Shown here: piece after piece, positions 1 through 12,832 of the stretch | How the letters are laid out: each line of letters opens with the position of its first letter | Position numbering within the stretch: the stretch's first letter is position 1 | Source of the DNA: Laetmonice hystrix | Lineage: Eukaryota | Length of the DNA stretch: 64,000 nt | Assembly: GCA_965235115.1 (NCBI GenBank) | Contig: OZ249451.1 | Location: 11,346,001 to 11,410,000, forward strand | Direction of reading: 5' to 3' | The notes under the pieces: model-generated | What the model was told of the DNA's origin: nothing | The model's database searches: none | The model's input: the letters and a program-made list of their open reading frames with translations, nothing else | Program-made: the position numbers and the translations under genes

Positions 1-164
1 TACACATACATACATATGATATCTGAGGTCTGGCTGTGTGACAGTTCAGGACGAGTCTGACTGCCCGAGTGATGAGCCCACAGTCGGCCGACCAGCGCTG
101 CCCTACCGACCTGTCGGTCTGGTCGCCTTAACATACAGGCGTGCCGATAAAATGCTCTAGAGCC

Positions 165-3100
165 ATGTCGCCGTGGGCCACCGAGAGGAGAGTTTTTACC
201 CTCACCTGCCTCATTTTCCTAGGTGAGTTTATCTGTAGTCACACCTGTAATAATCGAGGTAAAGGTAAGTTGGGTGATGAGGAGTTGGGATCGGTATTAC
301 ACGAAACGCGGCGTGCAGAACGCGTGGATCAGATCCATTGGTCACGGGTTAAGGTGACCTAGTTTGAACACCTGTATATTGTATGGCTTCATATATGGTG
401 CTATCCTTTAATGGTTACCGGGAGGATTCTTCAGGTGCGTTTTGTGAAGAGACAGACGCCTAAACTGATGAGACTTCATACATTGGGAGGGGAATTAAAG
501 GAGGGGAATGGTATGCGGAGACAGCACGTGGGGATAATCTGAAGGGCGTGTCCGTGACAGTTTTATCGGTGATCGTGTTAGTCATCACAGGTAGGCCTAC
601 ACGGACACAATCTGTCAATCCGTCAGTGGGCGATAAAAGGGACATCATCGGTGAAAGATAACGCGTACCTGGGGCAGGCGGGGGGAGGGGGAAGGAGGAG
701 AGGTTCTTTATATATACATGTATATGATATGAGAGATAGATAGATGTTTATTACGTCAAGTATGGCACAACACATTAATATTCAAAGTGCAGATCGAAGT
801 CGATTATTAGTCTGCTGAGTTATAACTTGTATTGATAGCCATCTTACACGTTCCTGGATGGATATAGCCAAAAACACTTCATTTAAATGTATAAGATTCT
901 AGAAAAGTATTGTTTCTTATATTCCAAAAGAAACAGTAGATCTATATACGTCAACGTACTACTCACACATTTCTTGCCGTGCTGATAGCAATGCCAACAA
1001 GTAAAAAGAGGGCTGCCTTATCGGGACACACGTCAGGTGTGACACAGTCGGGATATCGCAGAAAACGTCACGTGATTGGCAATCATGAGCTCTGTACATG
1101 TCAGGGCCTATATCAGATAATCGTAGAATAATGTTTAGTAGAAAATCATGATTGGAATTGGGACTCTATTGTTTTTGTTGTTTTTTCTATCTGGGCTATG
1201 ACCTGACAGACGCCCAGACTACCGATGACTAGGCCTATAGTCTGGAGATGGTAGGCCTGTACAAATGGCTAAATGTATGGCAGCACGGCTGGAATCCTGC
1301 TAACTATAGATCTATAGAACTAGGCCTACATTTTGTATAATGCTGATTCGCGCTTTCAGTCTTGCGCCCCTGTCATTACATGATGGACTTAGGGGGTTCT
1401 CACATTGGCTGTCAAAAAACTCACAATAGGCCTCATCCTGTTCCCGTTCCCTGACCCTATTAACCCTAACAGTAGTAGGTACCCAGCCGTCTCCAAAATA
1501 CTCATCCTCTTCCAGTTCCCTGACCCTATAACCTTAATTTAACCGTAGTAGGCCCCTACCCAACCGTCTCCAAAATGTACTCGTTCTCTTCCCCTGACGC
1601 TATAGGCCTAACCTTAACCATAACGGTGGTACCATGACCATCTCCAAAATACTCATCCATTCCTCATCTCTTTCCCTAACCCTACCTCCTACTCAATTAC
1701 GTGGTCATGTTACCAGAAGGAATAACCCGAGGTCGGTCCCTATATCAAACACGAGGCCCACGTCCGAATATCCTTTTATTATCGCCCGCAGCACCTTCCC
1801 GCCGGTTTGACTAATGACCTGGCTATTGTAACCACTTTTATTGAGAAGTTTATAACCGTGATCTCGGCATGCTCCTGACTCACTGCTTACTGTGCTTGTA
1901 TGTGTGGGTGTGCGGGAGGATGTTGGTAACAGCCCTCTTTAGATTTAGTGATTGCTCATTAGGCCTCCGGTTAGGGACTGACAGCTAAAGGCATGTTGGA
2001 TATTGTGTAGGCTACATGCAGAATAATCATTGCACGGTGTGGTGGTGGTGGTGGTGGTGGTGGTGGGGAGGGGAGGGGGCAGGCGGGGTAAGCCGACGTG
2101 TCAATAGGATTTCAGGTAGTAATCTGTAGCTCAAGTCAAGTAGCTTTCGCCACCCACGCCGGTCAGTAAACTTGCGTACCTGTTACATAATCCCTGCCAT
2201 TACGTCATCACCCGAACCTCCTTTGACATACGTGATGTGTCATTCTGCGACTTTCTTATTTTAGACGGGAGTGACCGAATTAATTGGTCGTTTCCTCAAA
2301 GTTGACTGTTCGGCTTACCTAATCGTTAACGAAACACCGATCGACACCAATGTACTCAAACTTTATTATATCGCATGGGCTACTGCATACAGCGGATAAT
2401 AATGAGGAAAGTAGACGGGAGTTAAGAGCTCGCAACGTTTGGATATTACAGACCCTATACAGTAGCCATGTGATGTGGGACATTTTGGTGGGAAACATAG
2501 ATCTAAAACGAAGATAATTTAACCACAGTCCCCAAGGGTGCGTTTGTTGAAGCTGTTTTATAGGGATCTAGGAGGGCCGGTAGGTCACCCCAGGACTCCT
2601 GTGAGGTCACAATCAGGATGGGCCTGGGAAGAGGCTCGATCACATTTCAACATTGCATGCCATAACAGATGAAACCTTTGTACTTGACCGTGTACTCAGA
2701 TGTGTACGTCTTCTTCCCACTAGGTGTCCCCACCGCCGAGGCTCAGGGCGACAATCTGGGAGGTAAGTCAGAAATACATGTATTTATGGAGACAGTGTCA
2801 TCCGGCGTCACTTAGGTTACCATGGAAAGTGGCCGACAAGCATGCTTGTCATAATTATTACCGAATATAACATTATAAGATAATATAACTGTAATCTATA
2901 TGAAACTAATTCAGGGACTTTTAGCACAGGCTGTGCATTGTTTAATGTCGTTCTAATCAGATATTTAGGCTGGAGATTGTCCCATTATTAATGTTCATTT
3001 AATCGGTAAATTCAATATAGGTAATTTTTTCCAACACCATTAAAGTAATTCACATATACACAAATACTCTTGTCCCTCCTTGATATCAGTTGGAGTAAGT

Positions 3101-6100
3101 ATACAGACGCACCGCCCAAAACGGTGAAAGGTTGTTTACCCGCGTTATATTATAATAAGGTCTGTGTACCTGTAAGTGTATCCCACTGACCTGACCTGGA
3201 GGTCAGCCTCCTGACCCAGAGATACCTCCCGCGGTCGGTGGCTGACCCAGTCAAGGGCCGATCCCTTCCTCCCCCACCCCACCCCCACCCCCACACGCCG
3301 CCCTAGTTACGTCTGCCAGGCTGTCTGGATCTGCAGTGTCACCTGGTGTATGAGAGCAGGCCGCCAAGTCTCCTGGCCTGTCACCTATCTACAGTCTCCG
3401 GGCGTCCTCCATGACATCAGGGCACGCGTCAACCGGACCTGACAGCGCCGGTGAGGGCGCCACTGTCGTATTCCGCATTATCTGCGCCCACCAGCACCTG
3501 TATAACGTAACGGCTGTCTCCGCAGTGCCGTCACTGACAGTACTGACCTACAGATACACAGGTGTATATAATACCTGTACCTGACCTACAGATACAGGTG
3601 TATCTAATACCTGCACCTGACCTACAGATACAGGTGTATAATACCTGCACCTGACCTACAGATACCGAATAATTGCACCCGACGGCACCCCACGAGCGGG
3701 GTTCATCGGACATGGGATCTGGGGGTACGGAGTATATTTTGACCTACTGCTTCACCAAGCTTTAAGATACCTATATAATAACCCTTCATGCTCGGAGACA
3801 TACCTTTGGAACTCAAACATAAAAACATCTGGTAGTAGGTGCTTTTGGGTGTCGGGAAGGCTTGCCAAGAAATAACTGCGGTTTTCTTCATTCGTTCGTC
3901 GCTTCAGGCAGGATCCTACCTTGCTGGGTTGAGGTCAGCGTCTCAGTTTGGCTTACGTCATCCGTTTGTCAGAGTCGTGGCAACTCAGGATAAACTGAAA
4001 AAATATGGATTTAACGGCAGCAGATATATATGTCGTGATATTTAGTGAATGATCAAGTGTTAAACAATATTATAGATAAACTACGGTATACCAAACATCA
4101 TCAGATAACGTTATAGGCAAATGCAGTAAGACGTAAGAAGGAACTAACAGACACATACATGCACAACTTTAGGCACTTAGAAAAGGACTACGAAAGTATA
4201 GACACGTATCAGTGACGGATCCAGGGGTGGGTTCAGGGGCTTCGACCCCCCCCCCCCCCCGTTCGACCCCCCCCCCCTTGGCAACCAATGTTCCTTTTTC
4301 CACATAAAACTTTCTGAATTGACCATGCTGAACCTCCCCTTCGCAAATTCTACCCCTAACCCCCCTCTCATTACGACAAGATAAATTAATGTCGTAAATA
4401 TGATGAGGGCAGTGTCCAGCCGGGTGAATGTAGTTTTTGTTGTTTGTCTGTTATAGCCGTGGTCGGGGTTGCCATCGGAGTATCGCTGATCACTTCCCTG
4501 ATCACCACAGCAGTAACTGTCGGCATCGTGCTCTGTGTGTGGCGCCGCCAGCGGAGGAAAGACACACTAAAACGTGAGTATCTCCTCTTTGATTATAGTG
4601 TCCAGGCTGACAGTGGCTGGCCTAGAGGGCCAAGGGAATTACAACCCCCAAAAGTCAGGGCGGTATTATAAATGGCATGGTGACAACCCCCACTTGGCCG
4701 GCTTTGAAAACATTAGGCCTAGGCCTATAGCTCCTCCCTTGGGTGGGCTTATAGAAAACGGTAGTTGGAGGGGCACGCGAGACTTCTCAGGCGTCGGACA
4801 AACGGGTATTGTGACACATTCAGTTTGGGAATACATGTATTAGTTAAAGCTGCACTGTCCTCGTAATTTGTCAGCCAACAGAATTGAACGGTTGTAACGG
4901 TGTCTGCTCGGCCCACAAAGCCTGATAGAGGACAGAAAATGGCAAAACTCCATCAAAACATAGAACGGGTATCTCTTTTGCCATTTTGCTATTTGAGGAC
5001 AGTGCAGCTTTAAACTTTAATGGGCACCTCCGGAACATCGCTTAACGTTTTCGTGAGGGAATGTGGCGGAAGTCATTAGGTAGGCTATATGCGCGAGTAA
5101 AACTTATAATTACTTAAAATTTTTATACTTCAGGTATATTAAGTGGCTTTGGATCCTATTTGTTCCACGTAAGGGCTTTTAGGCCTACCGTTTTAGGCAT
5201 ACCATTATTAACTTTTTGTTACCATTGGTTACCATTTATAGGCGATGAAACAACGAGAGCGAGTGTTGTCTGCAGCGTGAGGAGCGACGAGAGCTCGCAA
5301 CCTCTCACGAGAACTGGCCAGTATGTCCGCCAGACGTCGTCACTGTCGTCGACGTCGAGTTGTCACAATGGCGAACTGCGCAAGTCCAGGGTGAAGAGTA
5401 AGTTACAACTCAAGTAGATTAATTCTCCCGCGATGTTATCATTATTTTTGGACTTATATATGTGAGGTCAATCGTGACCGGAAGTCCTAGAAGGAGCAGA
5501 GAATCTCCATGTCCCTAAGAATTATTTTATTAATAATTAATCAATAACAATTTTTATTTACAGTAACTAGACGTATAGTTATGATACACACATGAGCAGC
5601 TCTAGGAGTCGTTGGTGACCCAGACCATCCAACTAAAAATAAATAGATTTATGTCATCTCCAAATGGGGCAGCCATGTTGACTTAAATTCGCTCTCATTC
5701 AGTGGCTGGCAAACAAATGATAAAGTAGGTTCTATTGATTCTCCTATATCTGTATGCGTCTGATGCCTGTGTTTGATTATACGCATGCGCTGTCACAGTC
5801 GGTCCATGTAGCTTTTCCGGGTGAATAGTCAAACATTGTGTACCTTTCGAATAATATCAGTGTTGCTAACCTTGCTAGGACACAAAATCTAGAATGAATG
5901 GCAGGGTCTCGATTCGTGCTCGCCAGCCTGGGCCTCAAATCCTGATTCTAACATGTCAAGTTATTCTTAGGTCCTTTTTATTTATTTGCTTGCTAATTTC
6001 TTGTTGTTTAAAGTGATTGAATGAGTGAGGAAGAGAGTGAATAATCAGTGTTTGGATTACGACTGCTATGTTTTATTCTAGATAACCTATAACCTCTTAT

Positions 6101-9100
6101 CGCCCAGGTGATTTCATAGCCCGATGGTGCACAGACCACAATCTGACAGAGAAGACAGCAGAAGTTCTCCGTGAGCATGGCTTCACCTACCGACAGGCCG
6201 TGGAGGCCATGGACGTTGACGATATTGCCAAGCTTGGCCTCCAGAGGGCGCAGGAGTGCATTCTCCGCCAGGTTGTCAACGTCCGCCAGCGTCCCTCCAC
6301 CGGAAGTATGTTATTTTATCCTTTACGCGCATTGTGACGTCATGATTTATTGTGCATGTTTTCAAATAATTAATTCAATTTCTATATAAATAGGTGTCTA
6401 CGGCACAGTTCAGCCAATACTACAATAGGGTTTGAAACTAGGTCTACATAGGCTGTTCCGATCCGTTATGATAAGGTAGAAATAAATAAAAATACTGGGG
6501 CTGCTGATCCAGAGGTCATTTGGTTCTTTAACATAATTGAAGAGAAATCTCTGGACGATCAATAGTTCACGTTTTTTTCGCACCAATGTGGAGCCTCCCT
6601 ATTGCCTCTTGTAGGCCAGTCCCATCTGTACAAACAGACCAGGTACGGAAGTGAGGAAGCCATCCCACTCACCGCCGTCAAGGACCACAATACCAGTGAG
6701 TATGCGCATGTCATACCGGAAGTCGGCTGGTGAGTTATCTGGGAACAAAATATTCATCGAGACCCATTGAAGATTGAGGTCTGCGATAACAGATGAGTCC
6801 GTTGTCGTGACCTTGGCAGTTTTGTGTATTAAACGTGACCTTCAAACGCCCTCAACCAATCAGATATTTAACAGACCATCTAGAGCCTAACTGGCTGGTT
6901 GCATGTCAAAGATCCTGAGGTAGATCTAGGACTGTGGGTGACGGCGCGTCATGGATAACGTTACCATGACTACTGTTGACAAGTAAGGTTCTGTTGTTAG
7001 ACGAATCCTGGGCACGTGACGTTGGGGTTTCCCAGCGATCGATCGATCCCGAAATAATTCATCTGACCTTGATCGAGTTGACCTCAGGTTGATAATGTTT
7101 TGCGCACCTGATGACTTCCGCCAAGTTCATTTAGTGCGAACCTGCAGCCTTGAGAGCCTTATCAGTCATCATTGTATAAAGATAGATCTTGAGGACCGAC
7201 TGTCTATAATGGCCGGATTTCTTTCTTCACTTTACACACGGGTCGTTGTTCTCTGCTCCTAGATCCGTGGCCTGTCGTAACTCATGATATCATAAGATTT
7301 TGACAGGCTTCCTCCATTTATTATTGAACTGACCAGGGGAACAAACGTCCGAAGTAGGAGGCCTATGAAGCTTTGCTTATGAAAAGAAATGTCGTTTGAT
7401 TTCAGACTTTGAATAAGACATCGGGCCTTTAGTTGTTTAATTGAGATCTAGTCCATCAGCTATTAACACCTGAAAACTAGGTGTCTAGATCCAGGTGAGC
7501 TGGTGATTGGATAAACAGTAATCGTTTCATCGAGTTGTTGAAATGTACCGTCGGTAATTATGGTACCTGTTGCAATCGCTAGGTGGCGGGTCGAACAGTG
7601 TCTTCGAGCGGACCCAAAGTTTGGATCAGGTGGACGGTCCCATGCCGAAACCGTTACAAGGTTGGTCTGAATCCACAAGGGGGCTCACCCCCCTAAAGTT
7701 TTCAGATTTATATCATATCATTATTTTCGGCACAATAAATTGATCTGATTTTGGTGTCAGTCCACATATTGCGTTCGAGAGGGATGCATGTGTGCATGAA
7801 TTAGTTTTCACCATGGCCGAATACCCCTACTACTTAAAGAAAAGTTTGAGCCGCACTTCTATGATATACTAAACTAAACGCTTATTTTTTGTTATTATCA
7901 AAAAGAAGAAGGTAAAAAAGAAAGTATTACATGACCTTTTAACAGGTACAATGGTGACTCGTAAAAGCATGGGATCCGCTATGAATATAATAGAATCGGA
8001 AGGGACAGGAGAAGCCACTATTGTAATACGCAGTAAGTAATGCTCAACTTAGATATGAAAATGACATTGTAACGATAGCTTTGCAAATAAAGGAAAGAAA
8101 AAAAATGAGAAAAAATAGTGAAAGAAAGAAAAATATTACTAGTATATGATGGAGTCTTTCCTATTGATCGCACATGTACACATTATTAACCAAATGACAG
8201 GAAGACGTAAACCAATATTGACCGATTTTAAAATAACTGTGACAGCTAATGATGAATTGACCAAACATTAATGTCTTCATGATGATTACAGGTTCGCACA
8301 CTGTGGTCCATGAGAGTACACCAGCACTCATACACCACGCCTTCCAGAACGACAAGGGAAACCCCAGGAAGTTCAATGGTCAGTTCCCATGGTAACCGTC
8401 TCGCGAAATTAGGGGCCAGGGGCTGGTGGTAAGGGTCACTGGTTGGGGGTAAGGGTCAGGGGATGGGGTAGACCCTGGTATGAAATTTCAAAGGCCGAAT
8501 CAGTGGGGCGTATTCTCTGATTAAAGCACCTAAAGCAAGTCCTTGCCCATTTTCCTATGCACATGATAAATAGAATATGATTTGGTTATTATTTCCACAC
8601 CCCCAGGTCTGTTGTCGGATAAAGGTCTCTACGAACTTGCCCGTATGATTGGGGTGGAGTGGACGCAACTAGGAACCTTTCTTAATATACCACCTTCCAT
8701 GCAAGTAAGTATCTCTACCACTCCCCTAAAAACAGCAACAAATTACAGCCCAATATCCCCACCCGGTCGGGAGCATCAATCCACCTTAATTACTTTCTAA
8801 TCAATCTACTGGACCCAAAATAGAAGAGCATGACGATGATTTGAGGTCTTTCGTTCCTGTGGCAGTCGCAGGGATGATCCTACTTGGTCAATGCAGAAAG
8901 TTCAATGACTTATGAGAAAAAATAAATTGCTGGATGACAAAGGGGAGCCCCTGGATCCGCCTATGCAGTGCCAGGTTGAAATAAACTGTTTTCTTTTTTT
9001 TCAGTCCCAGATCAAGATGAACCATCCAAACAACACCCTCCAACAAATCTACGAGATGTTACGAATGTGGAGAGATACAACAGAGGGGTCCAAGCAGAGT

Positions 9101-9220
9101 GTCAAAGGTCGATTATACGACGCTCTGTGTAAGTGTGGTCGCTCTGACCTTGGTGAAGATATTCTCAGAGAGGAGGCACACGGAAGCCAAGAGAAAGTCG
9201 CCTACCATTCTATTATATGA
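165..9220 (+). CDS. Orphan type-I membrane protein: signal peptide, minimal ectodomain, TM, SAM-like domain, death domain (10 exons, ~378 aa)
   Basis: GT-AG exons in continuous frame: 165-222, 2724-2762, 4457-4573, 5242-5397, 6108-6305, 6615-6695, 7946-8032, 8292-8378, 8607-8704, 9005-9220 (1137 nt). N-terminus MSPWATERRVFTLTCLIFLGVPTAEA|QGDNLG; TM AVVGVAIGVSLITSLITTAVTVGIVLCVW then RRQRRK. Exon 5 FIARWCTDHNLTEKTAEVLREHGFTYRQAVEAMDVDDIAKLGLQRAQECILRQVV fits the SAM pattern. Exons 9-10 LSDKGLYELARMIGVEWTQLGTFLNI...IYEMLRMWRD...LYDALCKCGRSDLGEDIL fit a death domain. Ends YHSII*. Confidence 0.8.
1430..1690. repeat. Degenerate tandem repeat (~70-bp unit) with CCTAAC-like tracts
   Basis: Recurring CTCCAAAATACTCATCC and TTCCCTGACCCTAT blocks, about 3 copies. 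Confidence 0.5.
3540..3665. repeat. Minisatellite, ~35-bp unit, 3-4 copies
   Basis: ACCTGACCTACAGATACAGGTGTATAATACCTGC repeated. Confidence 0.85.
4848..5009. mobile_element. Non-autonomous DNA element with 15-bp TIRs flanked by TTAA (Kolobok-like)
   Basis: ttaa|AGCTGCACTGTCCTC (4848-4862) ... GAGGACAGTGCAGCT|ttaa (4995-5009). Confidence 0.75.
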
Positions 9221-10825
9221 CAGCCTACTCACGCCATCTAGTGGATACATAGTAAACATGCTGTCAGTGGCTGTGATCTGGTCATCTTGGGGATGGCTGT
9301 TGGCTTGCCATCTTAGCATGAAGCCAGGAGGCACGAATATAGGCCTAAAGACCTAAATTGGATATCGGACAGATATACCTATCTTAGATTATACAGGTTG
9401 TTTCAAAACCGGACACAGTAAATGAAATAGGGGCCTATGTGATTTGACAGCTGAGGAATGGCAGATAACTGAATGGTTGCTTATCGTAGGTCGATGGCAT
9501 TCTTGCTTACAGTGAGCAGGCCCATGCACACTATACTAAAGCCGTGCTCATTACAACATGTGAGGCCTTCCTGGCGTTCAGGCCTACAGATCAGGTTCTG
9601 TCTAGTCCGGTACTAGATGGACATGTGACATCTCCGTGTTATCGATTATCTGTTTCTATGACAACGGTGGACGCCGGTTTCTATGATGGACACTGAAGGT
9701 GGTGGCAGAAATCATCCAATCATCTCCACCCTGCTCTGTGCTGGACACTGACAAGGGCCGAGGAGTAAAGGACGCACGTCAGTCGTGTTTGTGACGTCAC
9801 GTTCAAGGGGAACGTCATGAGGGACCAAGGTGACGTGGATGTTTTATTATCGGCCAGACCAGGCGGGACCGGAGGCCTACTTACCTGCCCCCTGGTGGTT
9901 TATGGCATCATTACAAGGCATTGAACTACGCTCAGTGTAGGCCTACATAGACTACGGCAGGGTTCCACTGTTAACGACAATCATTGAGTGTAGAGACGAT
10001 TTCAAAAGTTTTGTTGCTGGGTTCGTCGGTAATTATACCTGGATCTATGTTGTTTTGTCTTTCATACATCGTAGGGGAAAAGCATTTCGAAGCAGTGATA
10101 GGTGTTTATGTTATGAACTGATTCGAGCGCATACTTTATGCTGTAATAACTTTTAAGCTGTATTTCGTTCAGTATTAGAAGGATGACAGAGTATATGTGT
10201 AGGCCTATGTAGGCTATAATGTATGCATCAGTATTTGTGCATGTGGATGGTGGTTGGTCGGTTGAAAAGAAACTGTTAAGAATTAATGTTGAAGACCAGT
10301 TTGACTGAAATACCAACCCTTGAGAGAAGATTGAGCAAGATAAATGAGATTATGATTTTTAATTTTTTTTTCATTTCCCTTTTCTAGTGTAAGTAAGTTC
10401 GCTTGTGTCTCTTTTTCTAGAAAAATACGTGTGCCTTATCTTTTGTCTTAGCCTTAATAACCAGCTTAAAATCACTGTCTCAACTTGAACACGGTCATGG
10501 TTGTATTAAATAAGTTTGTGGTTGTGTTGTCACCAAACCTGTGTTCGCAAAGGTTCTGTCGCTTGGCGAAGGTTGGTAGGTCAGTAGAATGATGTCTAGC
10601 AGTAACCATGGGTTTTATCGAACTGTTACAAAAGTTGTACCTCAACTTTATAAGGAGAGTAATCACTTCCGGTCATTGCACCTCGGTGACGTCACGTGCG
10701 TGGGAATATTAATTGGTATTCAGTGATTTTGCCGCAGTTTTTCGGATTCGACGTGTACCAATACATCCACGCCGTGTAGTACATACGTACGCATGTAGGT
10801 CTACATCTGCATGTCTACATGTTAA

Positions 10826-11115
10826 AGTGGCACCAAGAATTCCTCAAATACTTAAAATTTTAAAATGTTAAAATTTCAGGTTTGAACGAAAAGTGAACGT
10901 ATTTTAAAAATGGAATGGAAAAATATGTCTCCGCTGTCCTCGCTTTCACTCGGGTTCTGCTGCCATATTTGGGCATTCTCTATTAGCTATAAATAGATTA
11001 CTGCAAGCTCCCAGCCAGCGCTGGCTTCAGAAAATAGCGATCGGACCGAACAGTAACTCCATTTTAAAGATACTTCAGCTTTCTCTGGGGTTCAAAGTTA
11101 AGTTTTGGTGCCACT
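10826..11115. mobile_element. Non-autonomous DNA element with TIRs flanked by TTAA (Kolobok-like)
   Basis: ttaa|AGTGGCACCAA (10826-10836) ... TTGGTGCCACT|ttaa (11105-11115). Confidence 0.7.
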
Positions 11116-11910
11116 TTAAGCACATGGTCGTACGTGACGTTGTTAACGTTGGTCTCTGAAGGAAGCGGCAGGGTAAATGTTGGTAACAATGTAAGGCTTG
11201 TGACTGAAGTGAGAAACAGTTTTTCGGTTATTTGAGTTATGGATTGAGGTATGGGGATGCCATGCACCTCCACTCGTACCCCTCGGGTGGATTGAACCGT
11301 GAAGCGCTCCCAACCCCACACGCCAACTCCTCAAACTATATCTCACAGACCATCTTACGACAGGCTCACCCACTTTTTTAACCTCATTGAAGTTATTGAA
11401 AAGCAAAAATCCTCTTCTAAACCTTTAAATGGAAGTGAGAAGTTGTCCCTTCTCTATCCGATATTGAGTTCAGTACCTTCGAATTTCCATACCTTGACTG
11501 GCTCACACTTTAAACAACAGGATATCTACAGTTTACCAAGCTAGCACCATTCAGCCTTTGTAAAAGGTAAGAAACAAACGGGCAGCTGACGATATGGGGG
11601 TGGGGGGTGGATCTGTATATTTGTATCTTTTAGATCTAGACGCGGGGAAAGGCAGGATAAAAAAAATCATAGAGAAATAGAGCGAAACCTTGATGGCAGG
11701 TTGCCATGGGAAAGGGTTTTAATGTGATAATGTAACGATGTAAAGTGCCATATTACTATTATTAGCTCACTGTGGGCCATCAATGGAAACATACGAGTCC
11801 AAGTGTGAGAAATGCCCAAGAAAAGAATGTTTATTTCTGGTTGATATAACATTTCAGGAGATCCTGGAATTGGTACAGAATGAGCCATGAGTCATGGGGA
11901 CAGCTGCATC

Positions 11911-12238
11911 TCTAGAGGTCAAACTGGTGGTACTAGTACCTCTAGAGGTCAAATGGTACTAGTACCTCTAGAGGTCAAAGTGGCGGTACTGGTACCTCTA
12001 GAGATCACATGGTACTGGTACTATTAGAGGTACCTCTAGTACCTCTAGAGGTCAAACTGGCGGTACTAGTACCTCTAGATGTCAAATGGTACTAATACCT
12101 CTAGAGGTCAAACTGGCGGTACTGGTGCCTCTAGAGGTCAAATGGTACTGGTACTTCTAGAGGTCAAACTGGCGGTTCTAGGACCTCGAGAGGTCAAACT
12201 GGCGGTACTAGTACCTCTAGAGGTCAAACTGGCGGTAG
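11911..12238. repeat. Minisatellite of alternating 30-bp and 26-bp units (~11 units)
   Basis: TCTAGAGGTCAAACTGGCGGTACTAGTACC alternating with TCTAGAGGTCAAATGGTACTAGTACC. Confidence 0.9.
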
Positions 12239-12832
12239 GCCAAGTAATACCTGTAAAGATCGAAGTACGGAGTTTGCACGTCGCTGTCAATCATTAAAGG
12301 AAGGGTAAATTAAAGAAGATCAAATGGTTTCACACTTCAGACACGTCACAGTTTCTTGGTGGCAGATACTGACAGATTTCCATGTGATTTTTCCTGCTTT
12401 GTTGATAGCGTCTTCAGTGAAGGCTACGTCACGAACATACAGGACAGACCGTGTATATGTGAGACCCATGGCTGAGGTCTTAGCTTACTCGGTGTTCGAG
12501 ATCGAGTGACCAAGCCTTGCTAATCGTCTAACCTGTTGTAAATTCGACTATTGTGTCTCAAGGACACTGAAAAAAAAAGAATAAATGTTGATGATATCAC
12601 GACGTGTTTTTATTGTCTCTGCCGGACCCACAATGCATTGGGAAAGCTACCATGGTATGGGAATGTACTTTTTCCAGTTATTTTCATCCAATATATCGAC
12701 CGAAACCTATGTCATTGGACTACTCATCAGTATTTCAGTATTTAATGGCAGTTCCTTGTTTGGCGCAGAGATGCTGTAAAACACGTAAATACATCTGTAG
12801 ACCTGTAGGGCATTATGGGTCATTACATTACA

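Noticed and set aside
3300-3990. Hidden ectodomain exons in intron 2 of the death-domain gene
   Set aside because: The AG-initiated phase-1 candidates I tried (~3330, ~3908) hit a stop or ended in the wrong phase, and none resembled a domain; not excluded without cDNA.
12079-12297. ORF with repeated LEVKLAVL peptide
   Set aside because: Simply the translation of the 30/26-bp minisatellite.
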